From Balanoglossus misakiensis (taxonomy: Eukaryota > Animalia > Hemichordata): 64,000 nt of DNA. The stretch spans positions 1,364,318 through 1,428,317 of the forward strand of contig CM082585.2 in assembly GCA_040954595.2 (NCBI GenBank). Reading direction: 5' to 3'. Made by a program: the position numbers and the translations under genes. The notes beneath the pieces are model-generated. The model did no database searches. It saw only the letters and a program-made list of their open reading frames with translations, and had not been told where the DNA came from. This document shows, piece after piece, positions 63,301 through 64,000 of the stretch. Every line of letters begins with the position of its first letter. The first letter of the stretch is position 1.

Positions 63301-64000
63301 TCTATTTCTAGCCTACTCATTGAAAGCACACAAATTAATTTTATGGATACGAGTCGCCATATGACTAGAATACGTTACATTTTTTGGCAACTTTCACATG
63401 TCCTTTGATCCAGTTTTTTCAAAACTTGATTAAACAATTTGTTGGCAACTCTCGCATGTCCTTTGACCCAGTAATTCCATAACTAAATTTTATGTGGATA
63501 TGGCTCTTGATAAAAAGCTAAACAGTCATGATTTTGTTCAAAGAGTACTACTGCTGCCAGGACATAACCCAAATATTTTGATAATTTTGGCCATGACCCT
63601 TGATCTACTTGGATATGTCTCTTGTTAAAAAGCACAACAGTCATGATTTTGTTCACATGAGTTTTATTGCTGCCAGGACATAACCCAAATATTTTGATAA
63701 TTTTGGCCATGACCCTTGATCTACTTGCATATGTCTCTTGTTAAAAAGCACAACAGTCATGATTTTGTACACATGAGTACTATTGCTGCCTGGACATAAC
63801 CCAAATATTTTGATAATTTTGGCCATGATCTACTTTCCCATAATTTGACATGCACAGCAGATATGGCTTTCAAATATAGAGGACTGGAACACCTAATGAA
63901 GTATTAATCTTTAACACAATCATTATGTACTTATCCTATTTAAAGTTAACCAATTGAGCTTAGAAGTTTGGTTCTTGTTGGACACTTATCAGTTTGATAT
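60368..64000. repeat. Macro-satellite (~0.83-0.9-kb core unit) with a nested 116-bp minisatellite
   Basis: Units start at 60368, 62005 and 62902 (T(G/C)ACCTCTGGC...CCATTTCT...CAGATACAG). The array runs off the right edge. Confidence 0.9.
60891..61812. repeat. 116-bp minisatellite, 8 copies
   Basis: CTTGGATATGTCTCTTGTTAAAAAGCACAACAGTCATG starts at 60891, 61007, 61123, 61239, 61355, 61471, 61587 and 61703. Confidence 0.95.

Overview
AT-rich animal genomic DNA with spliceosomal introns; the repeat types suggest a marine invertebrate, possibly a deuterostome (inference). From left to right: (1) 1-11614 is a ~131-bp satellite array with higher-order repeats of 1974, 2636 and 2240 bp. (2) 11659-19528 is an intact Gmr1-type Ty3/gypsy LTR retrotransposon (SCAN-like Gag, PR, IN, RT, RH in one 1626-aa ORF; 1157-bp LTRs identical by eye; GGTGG TSD; tRNA-Leu PBS), inserted about 45 bp from the satellite edge. 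(3) A 2.4-kb TIR element carries a spliced BEN-domain-like gene relic. (4) A decayed + strand gene has MED25-like exons (VWA, Q/P-rich, NR-box and C-terminal) flanking four calcium-binding EGF exons that sit where the ACID domain would be. (5) Inside one of its introns lies an ~11-kb degenerate Academ (AcademX-type) DNA transposon. Its transposase carries an OTU-like protease domain between the DDE motifs and is interrupted by an L1/Tx1 fragment, a TTAA/Kolobok-like MITE and a Transib-like MITE. (6) There are many MITEs, and the window ends in a macro-satellite with a nested, copy-number-variable 116-bp minisatellite. All calls come from reading the sequence by eye; no searches were run.
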